Shown here: piece after piece, positions 28,501-61,859 of the stretch | Layout: every line of letters starts with the position of its first letter | Numbering within the stretch: position 1 is the stretch's first letter | Assembly (NCBI GenBank): GCA_964016885.1 | Contig: OZ024759.1 | Location: forward strand, 14,198,001 to 14,262,000 | DNA length: 64,000 nucleotides | Reading direction: 5' to 3' | From: Eledone cirrhosa | Taxonomy: Eukaryota | Program-made: the position numbers and the translations under genes | Notes under the pieces: model-generated | Seen by the model: only the letters and a program-made list of their open reading frames with translations | What the model was told of the DNA's origin: nothing | Databases searched by the model: none

Positions 28501-31500
28501 ACCTGCCCAGAAAAATAAATGAAAATATTCTGAGAGAAAAGAAATATCATCATCATCATCATCGTTTTTACGTCCCCTTTTCCATGCTTGCATGAGTTGG
28601 ACAGGTCCTTCGCAGAACCTGTCACAGAAACTCTCCATTTGTCATCACAAACAGCTGTTTTGATTCTCACCCGAAACAAAACATTTTAAAGGGTTTTTAT
28701 TTTACCCTTTCAATACCAAATCAACTAAATCTGACCCTGGTTCTAAAATACAAAGCTATTTATCTTAACCCTTTCATGACTGTATTTCTAATGAAATACA
28801 CACTATTTTAATTAATCAATGAAGAATTTTGAATGATTTACTAGTAAAATAATATACCAGTAATGTACTGGGGTCATTGCTGGCCTTGTGCCAAAGTAGA
28901 AACAATTATTAATTATTTCATCACTAAGTTAGTAACTTAGTAAGATTCTTATATAAAATTATGTTGGAAGATTTTAATTTAAATTGGAAACCTTTAAAAT
29001 GGGTAGCTTTAATTCATAGAACCAGAGCCATTTTTAGGTGGGTTGGTAACTAAAGGGTTAAAGTGTTAATATTTATCTCTAAAAACCTTCCATCTTAATT
29101 TTGTTGGGTTTTCCCCTTCAATTTTGTCATAACAAATGTTAGACAAATGGATGAAGAGATAGAAGGATAGATATATAAATGAAGGAATTACCTTTGCCGA
29201 CAGTAAGCCCTACTGTGTTATACTTATTATCAACCCCTTTTCCGACAAGAACATCATCTTTGCTACGATATCCATTGATAATGGGCTGTAAAAACAAAAA
29301 TTGTCAAATTAGAACATCTGTTCATCAGTCATATCTGCCAAAGAACATGTTTGCCTGTATCAAAACATTTTATATACAATATATATATCATCATCATCAT
29401 TGTCATTGTTGTTTTAATGTCTGCTTACCCTACTACCAAGGATTGGAAGGGTCCATATGAACCAAGTCAGTACTGAAGAGGAGCCACAGATCTCCCAGGC
29501 AGGCCAGGGACCTGTGTCTTGCTTATGTATGGTCTCATGTTCCATCGAGTGCTCAGGAGAGGTTGTCATGCATTTGACACAACTGAGGGTCTTCTCAACC
29601 ATTTGTTTGGCAAGATTTCTATGGCTAGATGCCCTTCCCATCACCAACTACATTACAGCATGTACTGGGTGCATTTATAGCATAGATCACCAACACTAGG
29701 GAGGTTGTCATGTCTTTGACATGACTGGAGAGTCCTCCCCTATAGATATATCTCAGACCCAAGCCTGCATATTAAAACATATCTGAGGAACTTCCGATTC
29801 CAGAGTCAGGTTCAATCATTAATAGATCGTTCCTAGAGCTGATCGACAGTGAAACATATGTAATATGTAATTAAATATGTATATGATGCAACACTGATTC
29901 TTTGTTCCTTTATATATTAATACATATGGGTGGATGAATACATATATATATTACTTACAGATGGTAAACATGGATCCAGTTGACACATCAGGTTAAAATT
30001 CTTCAAGTTTTCGATAAGTCCTTCTGAAAGTGGAAAATGTTCATCAAGAACAAACCGATTCATGGTCCTTCTCAAGATTTCATTGATATGTGAGTTCTTG
30101 AACTGTAATGTGGATGATAAAAAAGAAATATAAACCTAATGGTATACTAAACCCTTTCATTACCATACTTGTGTAGATTAGAAAGAAATGAAGCTTCCAT
30201 GCTTCGATGGATGAGTAATACAGTGAAATTCATGGGGTATAAAAAAAAATTCTTTGTAACTAGATCAACCCAACACATTGAGCTTGTGGTCAGGGATAGA
30301 AAAAAACTTTGTTATACAGAAAAATTTGTTATAATGGTATTTGTTATAACGGAATTTTACCTGTAGTAATATATGTGAACAGCAAAGCATAAACAAACTG
30401 AGAGAAAGACTAGGCATAAGAAGAATCAAATGGTGTGTGCAAGAGAGAAGATTACGTTAGTATGGACATGTATGTGACTGCTGCATAAAAAGGTGCAGAA
30501 TGCTCAAAGTTGATGGAGACCCAAGAAAACCTGGGATGAGGCGATAAAAACCGATCTTGCCCAATTGCTCCTCTCAAAAGTAATGACACAGGACCGAGAC
30601 CTCTGGCATTACGCAGTAATACAGAAGACCTGACCTCCCTCAGGTACAGGCTGAAGCTGAAGCATATATATACAGTATGCTCCCACCCCCTCCCACTGTT
30701 AAGGTGTCATGGCAAAAAACACCCAGTCCACACTGTAAAGTGTTTGTGTACGTGTCACGACAAAAAGCACCCAGCACTCACTGTAAATGAGGTTGGCATT
30801 AGGAAGGGCATCCAGCTGTAGAAATCAAGTCAAAATCAGTTCTGTATGAGCAAGACATGGTCACCTGACCTGGCATTGCCTACAACAGGACAACTTGTTT
30901 AACCCATGCTAGCGTGGAAACATGCAACTATAACAACAGCAATAGAAACCATAGCAACTCCACCACCAATAACAGTAACCATAACAGCAACAGCAACTAC
31001 ACCAACAATAACTAATCATTGCAACTGCATCATTTATAACAACAGCAAAAGCACCACCAATAACAGTAACCATAACAACAACAACAGTAACCATAGCAAC
31101 AGCATCACCAATAACAGTAACCATAACAGCAACAGCAACTACACCAACAATAACTAACCATTGCAACTGCATCATTTATAACAACAGCAAAAGCACTACC
31201 AATAAAAGTAACCATAGCAACAGCATTACCAATAACAGTAACCATAGCAACAACAGACATAACAGCAAGAAGCAGATAAAGAAAAAGAAAGATATGACAC
31301 TTACCTCTAATTGGGATTCATAGGAAAAAGAAAATAATGGGGTCACAGAAATGGCAACCCTGAAAATATGATGAGAAAAACTGAGCATTAGAAACAATTA
31401 TTATTGGCAGTATCAGTAGAGGGTTGGACGCCATGCTTTGCAGTATAGAGTTACGGCCCTTTACGATCTGCGTTCAAATCCCGCCAAGGTTAACTTTGCT

Positions 31501-34500
31501 TTTCATCCTTACGGGGTCGATAAAATAAAGTTCCAGTCATGCACTGGGGTCAATTTAATCGACTTCCCCCTCCCCCCAAATTGCTGGCCTTGTGCCTATA
31601 TAAGAAACCATTATTATCATCATCATCATTAGAAGGTGACAGATTGGCAGAATCAGTAGAGCATCAGACAAAATGCTTTGTAGCATTTAGTTCCATTCCT
31701 TTACGTTCTAAGTTCAAATTATATCAATTATTTTCTCTTTCCTCTCTCTCTCCTTCTCTGAAAGAAATTAGTTCAGCTCAGACCAGGAGATGGGATGGGC
31801 TCTGCCAGATTTAAAATGGCCAAGATACACCATATGTCACTATGGCATTCCTACAACTCCATCAAGAGTTATGGGTCCATACATAACCATATATATGTAT
31901 TTATATATATATATATATCCTCTGCTCTGTGTGTATCTGGTTTAGAACCCTTTACATTTTAGTGGATTTATTACCTTATATGGGGTTATGTCCTCTTCTC
32001 AATAGCCCCTTACATTTTAGTGGATTTATTACCTTATATGGGGTTATGTCCTCTTCTCAATAGCCCCTTATATTTTCGTGGATTTTTTACCTATTATGCC
32101 CTCTCTTCTCAGTACCCCCTTATATTTTAGTGAATTTATTGCCTTGATTGGTGTTATGTTCTCTTTGTTTTGTCCTTTCCCCTTCTCAGTAGCCCCTTAC
32201 ATTTTAGTGACTGTATTACTTTGTATGAGATGAAAAATAAAATAAAAAACGTGGATTTAGTGCCCAGCCGCTGCTAATACTTATTCCCAGCTGAGTGACA
32301 CTTCTCCTGGACAGGATGCTAGTCTATCACAGGCTTAACTCCCAAATGTTGGTACTCATTTTCAGAAGAGACTCTTCCCTGGACAGGACACCAGAGCATT
32401 TAAATTAATCTATATATACTATTGTATTTTTGTGGTAAAGGCTTTATCTCACATAATATCAAATCTATGAGATTTTGATATTATTTATTTTGAGAACAAT
32501 ACCTTAACATCAGTATGAGTAGCAAGTTATGGCCGGTTTGAAAGAGGTAAGAGAATTCTGGCCCGATATAGCTGGTTTGAATGCTAAAGGGTTAATTTCC
32601 ACCTGTTAGTTGGTACTCATTTTCAGCTAAGTTAATTGGAGCAATGTGAAATGAAGTGTTTTGCTCAAGAACACAACACACAACCCGGTCCAGTAATCGA
32701 ACCCATGACATTACAATGATGAAAGCTGAACACCTTAATTAGTTAATTGATTGACTTACTGTCGGAACTGATTAGCAACTGTACATTTCCGGAACTGGGA
32801 TTTTGAGTTGCTGTATGTGTTGGTAAGTAGCAACTTCCGAGTTTTCCTGGAATAGTAAATTATCATCATCATCATCACCAACACCACTATCATCATAAGA
32901 CATCATCATCATCAACACCACTACCATCACAAGACATCATCAACACCACTACCATCACAAGAGATCATCAACACCACTACCATCACAAGACATCATCATC
33001 ATCACCACTACCATCACAAGACATCAACATAAACACAGCAATGGAAACACTGTTACCTTGGTTAAATTTGATGAGATCCACCCCAAGCAAATGAGGTATG
33101 GGACCTTGTTGATTGATTTTGATTGATTGACCATTATCATCATCACCACCAACAACATCGTCAACATCATTACAGCTATAACCATTATGATTAATAAAAC
33201 CAACCATTACCACCAAATTCATCATCATCATTATCTTCATCATAGTGAAGGTGAGTGGTTAGAGAATTGGATTCACAATTGTGGGGTTGTGAGTTCGATT
33301 CCCAGACCGAGTATTGCGTTATTTCCTTGAGCAAGACACTTTATTTCATGTTGCTCCTTCTACCGGTAGATAGTATTAACAACGGGGGAAGACCAATGGA
33401 AACATTATTTCATTGGTCCAATTTGATGAGCTCCACCCCACTCGTTAAGCGAATGAGGTCTGGGATCTTGTTGATCGACTGTTGACTATCATCATCATCG
33501 ATATCAAAATGCCTGAAACTGCCCTTGCTTCTATGATAGAAAACTGTTGATGCTTTTTTTAAGTGTTTATCATTTCATTTTTATGTTGACTTTTCTATGC
33601 TAGCATGGGTTGGACCGGGCGTTTTGAGGCAATGTTTTACAGCCGAATGCTCTTCTTGGTACCAACTCTTTTAGACTATTTTTACAACATGCACAGATAC
33701 AGTACCTATTCTAATCCTTCCATCCTAATTTTATGTGATGATGATGATGATGACGGCCTCTTTAAACTGGCTGTCTTGGGCAGATTAATATTAAAAAGGT
33801 TAACAGCCTCTAAAAAGAAAGAGTAATGGGTGTTGCTCTTCCTTCTCTCACAAACCAATAAAATAAAGAGGTGGAAGAATCCCTCACCTTTTACGTTTGT
33901 ATTTTATTGGTTCGACTGTTGGTTCTGCTGCAGGAGAAACTTTGGAAACGAATCTTTGTTTGGGAATCTTCCAAAGAGATCTTATGCAGAGGGATCTGAT
34001 GGGGGAAAAAAGTATTAAAAACAGGAAATTAACAACACACAAACTAGCATTTATTCGAAATAATCATTTAATTAATGTAAATAATGTCACAAATTGTTTA
34101 CAATTCTTACAGAATGAAAATATAAACACAAATAATATATAACTTTACCGTTCATCCTTACAGGTCGATAAAATAAAGCACCAGTAATGCACTGGGGTAA
34201 TTGCTGGCCTTGTGCCAAAAAGTAGAAAATTATTGCTAGGAACTTTATAAATATAATACACAAAACATATAATCAAAGAGAGAAAAAAAAAATCAATTTA
34301 CCACTAAGTGCGTCAATCGATCACACACTACAAGGGTCAATGGAAATTTTTGAGGCAAGCCAACAGGCTCACAGCATTACCACTGGTGATGGCGTGGCTT
34401 AGGTGCTGAAATAACCAAGCACCCCCACGGGAATCACCTGACACCCCTGTAAGGCGAGCCATTAACGATGACAAGAACTTTGCTGTCAGTGACCCAGCTC

Positions 34501-35722
34501 CATCAAACGTCTCAGATGTCACAGGCTGGGAAAAATAGTTATTTGATAATTCCCGGTATTTTAGTGCTTTATTCCATTCGCCCTCTGAAGCAATGATCCC
34601 CATATTTACCGCAGCATCTATGATGTGGGAGGGAGCAAAAGAATCACTAACTGTGACGTCCCAGATGAGACATCTGGTCTCTTCCCACCAATTCTGGATA
34701 ATCCAACCGGCTCCAAAACTGAAAGGATATTTACCAGAGCTAGGGCCCACTTAATGATCAGGTTTAGCTATATGTGGTGAGCGAAGCAACCAGCATTCAG
34801 GTGGTAAGACAAACCATGGAGGCCTGTGGAATCGAGGGGTCTACCACAGCGACATCCCAGACCACCACAGGCATAGGCTCCCTCTCTGAGTGCAATAGAG
34901 ATGCGGAGCTCATCTAGATTGAGAAGACCACCAATTTTGGCCACAGGCAGGGCATCAACCCAGTCCCGAGAGAATTTTGCGCTTGCAGAAAGTAGGCGAC
35001 ATATTGAAAATTGATCAGATTGATCAAAGCGAGAGATGAAGGTGTCACTTGAACGCAGATTGCCCCATACTCATTGCTTCCGCCTAATCCACGTCAGTGT
35101 GCGTAACTGACAAACCCAGCTCAGCTCTCTCCTGTGTAGTAAAGCTTTATCCATGTCCCTGTGGGACAATCGATTTTTTGTACTTATTTCTTTCAGTCTG
35201 GTATTTATGTCATTGATGTTATGCTCTGACATAAAAGGAACAACACTAAAGTATCAATGAAATAGGTGTTGTTTGAAGAAAATGAAAATATCTCGTCCGA
35301 ATCACCGGTTTTATTGCGTATACACAAGTTAGGTTTAGAGTTCATCAAGGTTAGAGTTAATGATAAGGTATATGTGTGTCGATGAACGTGTGTATATGTA
35401 TGTGTGTGTATGAGTATGCATCCGGTGGATTAGATGAGACGTTTTTATCTTCAAACGAAATGTTTTGCCAATTTTACCCGAACAATGTTTTGAAGATGAT
35501 CTCCAGATTGGACGCAGTCTAATACTTAAAACATCTCTTTTTAACACAGACCGAAAAACCAACCAAGCCTTTCGAAATACTTAACAATGGTTAGGGACTC
35601 CTATTCAGGTACTGTCAAACGGGACCAGCAAATCTAGGGACTTAAATCACGACACTCTATTTTCAAAGGAACATTATATAAAGTAATGAGTTACAATACC
35701 TATGTGAAAATTGAAACGACAT
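13033..35722 (-). CDS. TRMT2B: tRNA/rRNA (uracil-5-)-methyltransferase, TRMT2B-like, probably mitochondrial; 14-exon gene, about 504 aa
   Basis: Exons 35722-35700 (tentative), 33995-33888, 32846-32760, 31359-31305, 30102-29959, 29285-29192, 28502-28432, 27526-27353, 25782-25688, 24106-23892, 20646-20545, 17933-17808, 15992-15893, 13153-13033. All introns are GT-AG and the phases close to 1515 nt. TrmA/Trm2 motifs: VTPL..YESQL, SFFQIN, LDICCGTG, VVNPGRNG, IYVTC, DMFPHTVHCE. No RRM, a basic N-terminus and NPxR rather than DPPR favour the TRMT2B type over TRMT2A. Confidence 0.88.
13205..13397 (-). mobile_element. Fold-back element family A (Penelope-like pLTR remnant carrying hammerhead 3' halves)
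   Basis: Inverted arms of about 60 bp (13250-13309 and 13339-13397), homologous to 61360-61685 and flanked by (TA)n. Each arm has GAAA-CC-TTT-GG-TA-ATGGAG. Confidence 0.65.
13616..13800 (-). mobile_element. Fold-back element family B (hammerhead-bearing remnant in (TA)n)
   Basis: Perfect 33-bp inverted repeat (13697-13729 and 13768-13800) plus an inner 10-bp inverted repeat. Homologous to 61902-62084. Confidence 0.65.
14187..15560. repeat. 27-bp minisatellite (tatagttatagtcttgtcaatactata), about 50 copies, with higher-order blocks of about 274-301 bp
   Basis: Direct tandem units; variant ttggtga units at about 14593, 14867 and 15168. Confidence 0.95.
15563..15770. repeat. Near-perfect hairpin formed by a folded-back SINE 3' half
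   Basis: Arms of about 98 bp (15563-15661 and 15672-15770) with a loop of about 10 nt. Confidence 0.9.
15893..15992 (-). CDS. TRMT2B: TRMT2B-like exon carrying the catalytic Cys
   Basis: QSVIRSIRRCQQIRRLIYVTCRPIGNTITNFT; tatag acceptor, gtaagt donor. Confidence 0.9.
16145..16678 (+). mobile_element. RTE 3'-UTR-type element with about 8 internal 48-bp repeats and a (GAT)n tail
   Basis: cacccagtccacactgtaaagtggttgtgtaggtgtcac units, then gttaggaaggacatccagctgtagaaa..gacgttaaacaatgatgat. Confidence 0.8.
16732..17160 (-). mobile_element. Helitron 3' end (Pif1 helicase C-terminus, CTAG terminus)
   Basis: Minus strand about 17154-17030 reads CFSHGQLYVGCSRVGNKTNLFAYARHGRTRNIVYKEVLQ. The element ends CTAG|T at 16732, preceded by a short GC-rich subterminal segment. 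Confidence 0.85.
17256..17468. mobile_element. piggyBac-type MITE (TTAA target site, CCCTTTAGCATTTA-like TIR)
   Basis: ttaaccttttcgcattta..taaatgctaaagggttaa. Other copies at about 24180-24429, 25196-25411, 25921-26148, 32400-32594 and 39890-40102; partial copies at 23660 and 63662. Confidence 0.8.
17808..17933 (-). CDS. TRMT2B: TRMT2B-like exon
   Basis: INNAEFICSRASEALKKISVGAYFDINETAVAVVNPGRNGV. Confidence 0.9.
19190..20537. repeat. Compound (TA)n(TG)n satellite with a unit of about 55 bp, interrupted by an RTE 3' end at 19828-20309
   Basis: ttcc(at)n(gt)ngcatgtgtgtatatacgtg units on both sides. The insert reads KTWDELINSDL..DRDLWRYSV, followed by the 3' UTR and (GAT)n. Confidence 0.85.
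20545..20646 (-). CDS. TRMT2B: TRMT2B-like exon
   Basis: SIGISMASSAKRLFGVEIIQQAIDDAKINASLN. Confidence 0.92.
21640..23215 (+). repeat. 48-bp minisatellite (about 29 copies) expanded inside an RTE 3'-UTR element
   Basis: Unit cacactgtaaagtggttgtgtaggtgtcatgacaaacagcacccagtc, followed by the standard element tail and (GAT)n. Confidence 0.93.
23892..24106 (-). CDS. TRMT2B: TRMT2B-like exon (FFQ motif and SAM-binding motif I)
   Basis: FKTRSNASQVPFQLLYGQPYITERLLDCTFQISIDSFFQINISAAEMLYSVIKDCAKLKPTDVILDICCGT. Confidence 0.93.
25196..25411. mobile_element. piggyBac-type MITE copy
   Basis: ttaaccctttagcattta..taaatgttaaaaggttaa. Confidence 0.8.
25688..25782 (-). CDS. TRMT2B: TRMT2B-like exon
   Basis: DLQMKAKEELLNYFLHGPGRLCGLDTLFFQP. 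Confidence 0.88.
27353..27526 (-). CDS. TRMT2B: TRMT2B-like exon
   Basis: AFQDFINTSS..FGHWRIMSMRSSTLGRTMANIIFHPQREPV. Confidence 0.87.
27549..28320. repeat. (GAT/GGT)n low-complexity tract followed by tgtaagtgtagttataaa-type short tandem repeats
   Basis: Direct inspection. Confidence 0.85.
28432..28502 (-). CDS. TRMT2B: TRMT2B-like exon
   Basis: FNSYVVPNTYLANVGQKHKEISR; phases fit both neighbours. Confidence 0.83.
29192..29285 (-). CDS. TRMT2B: TRMT2B-like exon
   Basis: PIINGYRSKDDVLVGKGVDNKYNTVGLTVGK (equivalent of the GYRNK motif). Confidence 0.87.
29959..30102 (-). CDS. TRMT2B: TRMT2B-like exon
   Basis: FKNSHINEILRRTMNRF..MCQLDPCLPS. Confidence 0.83.
30165..30925 (+). mobile_element. 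Decayed RTE LINE 3' end continuing into the 3' UTR with 48-bp repeats
   Basis: RLERNEASMLRWM, QERRLR*YGH and KTWDE..DRDLW, then 48-bp units and ggcattaggaagggcatcc. Confidence 0.75.
31305..31359 (-). CDS. TRMT2B: TRMT2B-like exon
   Basis: VAISVTPLFSFSYESQLE (the VTPL..Y..QL motif). Confidence 0.85.
32760..32846 (-). CDS. TRMT2B: TRMT2B-like exon
   Basis: KTRKLLLTNTYSNSKSQFRKCTVANQFR; canonical splice sites, phase 2/2. Confidence 0.72.
33888..33995 (-). CDS. TRMT2B: TRMT2B-like exon (basic, presequence-like)
   Basis: SLCIRSLWKIPKQRFVSKVSPAAEPTVEPIKYKRK; the only open frame is phase 2/2. Confidence 0.68.
34337..35170 (-). mobile_element. Relic of a non-LTR retrotransposon with a restriction-like endonuclease (CRE-like)
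   Basis: CRCGRPLDSTGLHG zinc-knuckle-like segment and LIWDVTVSDSFAPSH..NKALKY..PVTSETFDG..FQHLSHAITSGNA. Confidence 0.8.
35700..35722 (-). CDS. TRMT2B: Candidate first coding exon of the TRMT2B-like gene
   Basis: ATG TCG TTT CAA TTT TCA CAT AG|gtattg gives MSFQFSH(R) in the required phase 2. The donor is weak and there is no homology support. Confidence 0.45.
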
Positions 35723-36473
35723 ATCCGACAATGTGAAGCTGTGGTGCTTGATTATGATAAAACCGACGCAGCATGCGTTATGAATAAATATGTATACAGG
35801 GTCTCATCCATATATTTAGTGTATACTATTGTAACAATAAGTATATGATTTAGTCTCGGTGTGTTTTAAATCACAGAATTTCGGCAGTTTTCAATGTCAA
35901 TGGAGCCTGTGTATGAGAAGTATTTTCATACTCCGTGCAACTATAAGTGACTATCATTCAATGTCATGTTTTTATCTGCCTCGCACTTTGCTAAGGGAAA
36001 TCACTCCCGACGTGTTATACAAAACAACACCGTTTTACCAAAACACCGAGCGAATAAACCTTCACTAGTGTTTGTCGTCCTCACACGGCTATACTTGTCG
36101 CTTAAAATACCCATAGCAAGACTTATGTATGTTTATTATACATAAACATATTTCATATGCCTTTATATACCTCTCCCCCCCCTCTCTCTCTCTCTCTATA
36201 TATATATATACTAGTATGACACCAATCTTCCGGAAAATGATGGGCTGGCACCTCTTCTAATCCGGACATAATTATGAACGGACACTTGAATTTCCCTTGA
36301 CCGCCCGGCCAGGTTAACTCAGGTTACGAGGCAAGCATGTAGAGTTGGGATTAGTTTTAAAACATTGATCATATTAAATACACACACACACTGTTCGAGA
36401 ATTGAATTTACAACATCCCGATTCTGAGCCCAACGCTCTAACCACGCACCTCCACATATACATATATATATAT

Positions 36474-36790
36474 GAAGCCATGTGGCTTTGTGGGTAGTGT
36501 ATTCGGCTTATGATCCTAAGGACGGGAATTCGATTCCCAGCGGCGTGTTTTGTTCTTGAGCAAGACACTTTATTTCACGCTGCTCCAGTCCATTCAGCTG
36601 GCAAAAAGTTGTACCTGTAAATTCAAAGAGCCAGTCTTATCACGCTGAATCTCGCATAGAATTACATTACGGGTAGACTTGTGTGTGGAATACTCAACCA
36701 TTTGCATGTTAATTTCAGGAGTAGGCACTTTCGTTCATTGAATCAACTGGAACATTTATCATCGTCGCAACCGACGGAGTCCCAGTTTTA
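36474..36790 (+). mobile_element. tRNA-derived SINE in the intergenic promoter region
   Basis: A-box-like tggctttgtgg and B-box-like ttcgattcc, then the cttgagcaagacactttatttcac body shared with many copies in the window. Confidence 0.75.
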
Positions 36791-36867
36791 TTCATAAACA
36801 TATTAAAAACCGTCTACACGCTACAATTGCTCTTGCTGATCGACTGTATAATTAATCTAACTGCAGT

Positions 36868-36920
36868 AGCCAATCAGAACCTCAGTATTATATAGTTAGT
36901 TATACAATCAACCAATCAAA
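36868..36920 (+). promoter_or_regulatory. Paired CCAAT (NF-Y) boxes upstream of MEAF6
   Basis: agCCAATcag at 36870 and aaCCAATcaa at 36912, 42 bp apart and within 90 bp of the ATG. Confidence 0.6.
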
Positions 36921-36956
36921 ACCGTTCTACTAAAGTCGATGTGTTTCTTTCTAAAC

Positions 36957-44225
<7,269 letters not shown>

Positions 44226-45289
44226 CATCAATCTAGAAACTTATAGGAAGAAAAAGAAATGTGGGAGGGGGGACCTATCTTATTAAATTTTAAAAAACAA
44301 CAACAAAAACAACCATTTGGACACTCAAATATTGGAGCAAGATTGAGGAACTTTGTATATATATATGTATATATTAGATTATATATTATATATATTATCT
44401 ATATATAACATATTATATGTGTATATATATATGCATATAATCCTCTTGCACTGTGTCATCCTAAGGTACCTACCACACTATAGTTTGATGTAGACTCAAG
44501 TTCAGTTCCTACTAGAGTGATAATCCAAACTAAATTTACTCATAAACCACCACCACCACTACCACCACCATCCCAACTTGACAGACTATGATGACACATG
44601 ATGAAAGAAAAGAAAAAAAGATTGTTGCTGTTGCTGTCATCATTGTGTGTGTGAAAGTGTGAAAATAAGTTTTTATATTCCACACAGTCGAATAAAAAAA
44701 AAAAAAATAAAATTAGATATTAAATGAACAAAACAAAAAAAAAACATCTTGAATAATGTCTAGTAAACGTGGGTATATAAATATATATATACATTCAACT
44801 ATACATCTCTGTGTGTGTGTATATATACATATATATATATATATATAGATGTATGTATATATATATATGTATAATCTACATGATATATTGATATATATAT
44901 ATATACATATAATCTATATGATATATTGATAGATATATATATGTGTGTATATATTTACATTTATACATAAATACTTAATTGTAAATATTTCATCATTTTT
45001 TCCTTTTTCTTTTCACCTTTTTGTCTTTTTTTAACCATTAAATATTTGGCCATGGAATACAATTCTGCTTTCATTTTCAACTGAAACGTTTTTTATTATT
45101 GTTATTATTGGGTAGAGGGTGATGGATTGGTGGAAGTATCACTAAAGCATTGTGTAATATGCTTTGTGGCATTTGTTTTGGTTATTTTACATTCTGAGTT
45201 TAAATCATTCCAAGATCAACTTTGCCTTTCATCCTTAGAGTGTCAATAAAATAAATTAACAATCAAATACTATGTTTGATATAATCCAA

Positions 45290-45811
45290 AGCAGGACCTC
45301 ACCCAAAGAAGATTATGCTTTCAATTTTATGGGATTGGAAGGGTGTTGTCTTTTATGAGCTTCTTCTCACAAACAAGACCATCAATTCAGATGTCTATTG
45401 TGAACAACTAGATAAATTAAACGCAGCAATCCAACAGAAGCATCCAGAATTTGCTAATTGAAAGGGTATTGTTTTTCATCAAGGCAATGCCAGACCACAC
45501 ATTTCCTTGCAGACGTGACTGAAGTTTTGTCTCACCCTCCACATTCCCCCGACCTTGCTCTTTCAAATTTCCATCTGTTTTGCTCTCTTCAAAATTCTTT
45601 GAATGGTCAGGCCTTCAATTCTTCGGAAGATGTGAAGTTTCATTTGGGAGGGTTCTTCACCAGTAAAGACAGGAAACTCTTTGAACAGGGAATAATAGAT
45701 CTACCTAGAAGGTACTGGAACGAAATAGCAAATATATCATTGATTGAATAAATTGCTTTGGGTGTTTCATTTTCACTAAGAAAACCACATGGACTTTTTG
45801 GTCAACCTAAT
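45290..45811 (+). mobile_element. Mariner transposase relic with right TIR
   Basis: KKIMLSILWDWKGVVFYELL..FHQGNARPH..HPPHSPDLALSNFHLFCSLQN with a stop and a deletion; ends ..ttggtcaacctaata. Confidence 0.88.
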
Positions 45812-46696
45812 ACATACACTGGCATGGCTGTGTATGTATATAATATATATACATATACAGCCATAGTTGTGTAGTTAAGGAGTTTGCTTTGCCATCACAG
45901 GGTTTATCATTCAGTCCCTCTGTGACACCTTAGTAAATGTCTTCTGTTATTGCCTCAGGTTAACCAATAAAAACCCTGTTAGTGAAATTTAGTAGATGAA
46001 GACTGAATGAGACCATTGTATATATATATATTCTTATATGTATGTGTTTCTGTCTTATAACTTAGTTTGATGAAAAAGAAATCAATGAAATATGTACCAG
46101 ACTTGAAAAAATAAGTACTGAGGTTGATATGGTTGATTAAATCCCTACAAGGTAGTGCTTCCGACATGGATACAGTCTAATGACTGAAATCAGTAAAAGA
46201 ATTTGAAAAAAAAATTCATTGTAAATCAAAAACTAACAGAAAAAATTGGATTTTATTGAAATATATTGGACCTTTTTAAAAATGTTGTTATCTTGTTTGT
46301 TGGTATACAAGACCCTAGGATAGTAGGAAATATTAACTTTTAATATCCTGAAATGATTTAGCAGAAAATCTTTAGAAATAGGTTTATAAATTTAAATGTT
46401 TATAGTATCTTTACTAGTGGATAGATCTTTGTGAAAATTTGTGCTATTAAAGTGAAGGCTTCAGTTTTTAATGTGATGCAATCATTGTGCAATTTTTATG
46501 ATTTTCAAGAATGTCTTGTTAATGAAGTTTCATGTGGTACAGGATGTTAAGAGTTAAGAAAAATAAACATTAGCCGACCAGATACCTCGACTTCACATAT
46601 AAGACTTGAGAGATATTTTTTGAGGAGGAAAAAAAGTGTGAGGGGGTCTTATTTGCCATTATGTACAGTACATGATTTCTCTTCAGTTAATTCCTC

Positions 46697-61319
<14,623 letters not shown>

Positions 61320-61359
61320 CTTAGTATCTAAATACTGTAAATATATATATATATGTTAG

Positions 61360-61685
61360 GTAATTCCGAAGGAAAAGCAAAGGAAAAAAGACTGCTCTAT
61401 GTATAGATCAGAGCTATTTAATTAGAAAATAAACAACACAAAATATAACTACTCCATTATCAAAGGTTTCTGGATCACAGACAATAATAATATACGTCTG
61501 GATCGGTCGTCAGACAGAGATGTTAGAGATAAAAGATATGAAATGACATATGAAATCTCATTTCATATCTTTTATCTGTAACATCTCTGTCTGACGACCA
61601 ATCCAGACGTATATCATTATCGTCTGGAATCCAGAAACCTTTGGTAATGGAGTAGTTATATTTTGTGTTGTTCAATTTCTAATTA
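61360..61685. mobile_element. Fold-back element family A, long copy (arms of about 128 bp)
   Basis: Arms 61419-61546 and 61558-61685 with an 11-nt loop and (TA)n flanks; homologous to 13205-13397. Confidence 0.8.
61585..61652 (+). ncRNA. Type I hammerhead ribozyme candidate
   Basis: CUCUGU-CUGACGA-[ccaaUCCAGAC..GUCUGGAaucca]-GAAA-CC-UUU-GG-UA-AUGGAG. Stem I CUCUGU/AUGGAG pairs fully with two G-U pairs. Predicted cleavage after GUA at 61646. The base of stem II is non-canonical. Confidence 0.6.
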
Positions 61686-61859
61686 TATATATATAGTTGA
61701 GGTATGTCAGACATATATATATATATACAGTTGAGGTATGTCAGACATCAATTTATTTTATCTGATGAGGACGTACTGATGAAATAGCTCAGTACCTCTG
61801 AAATATGTATAATAAAATATGTTTGATCACATGAATGTCTATTTAATAATAATTTGAAG

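Noticed and set aside
35335-35562. Arg-rich ORF as the TRMT2B first exon
   Set aside because: It has no ATG start, and its donor at about 35477 gives a phase that hits a stop in the next exon.
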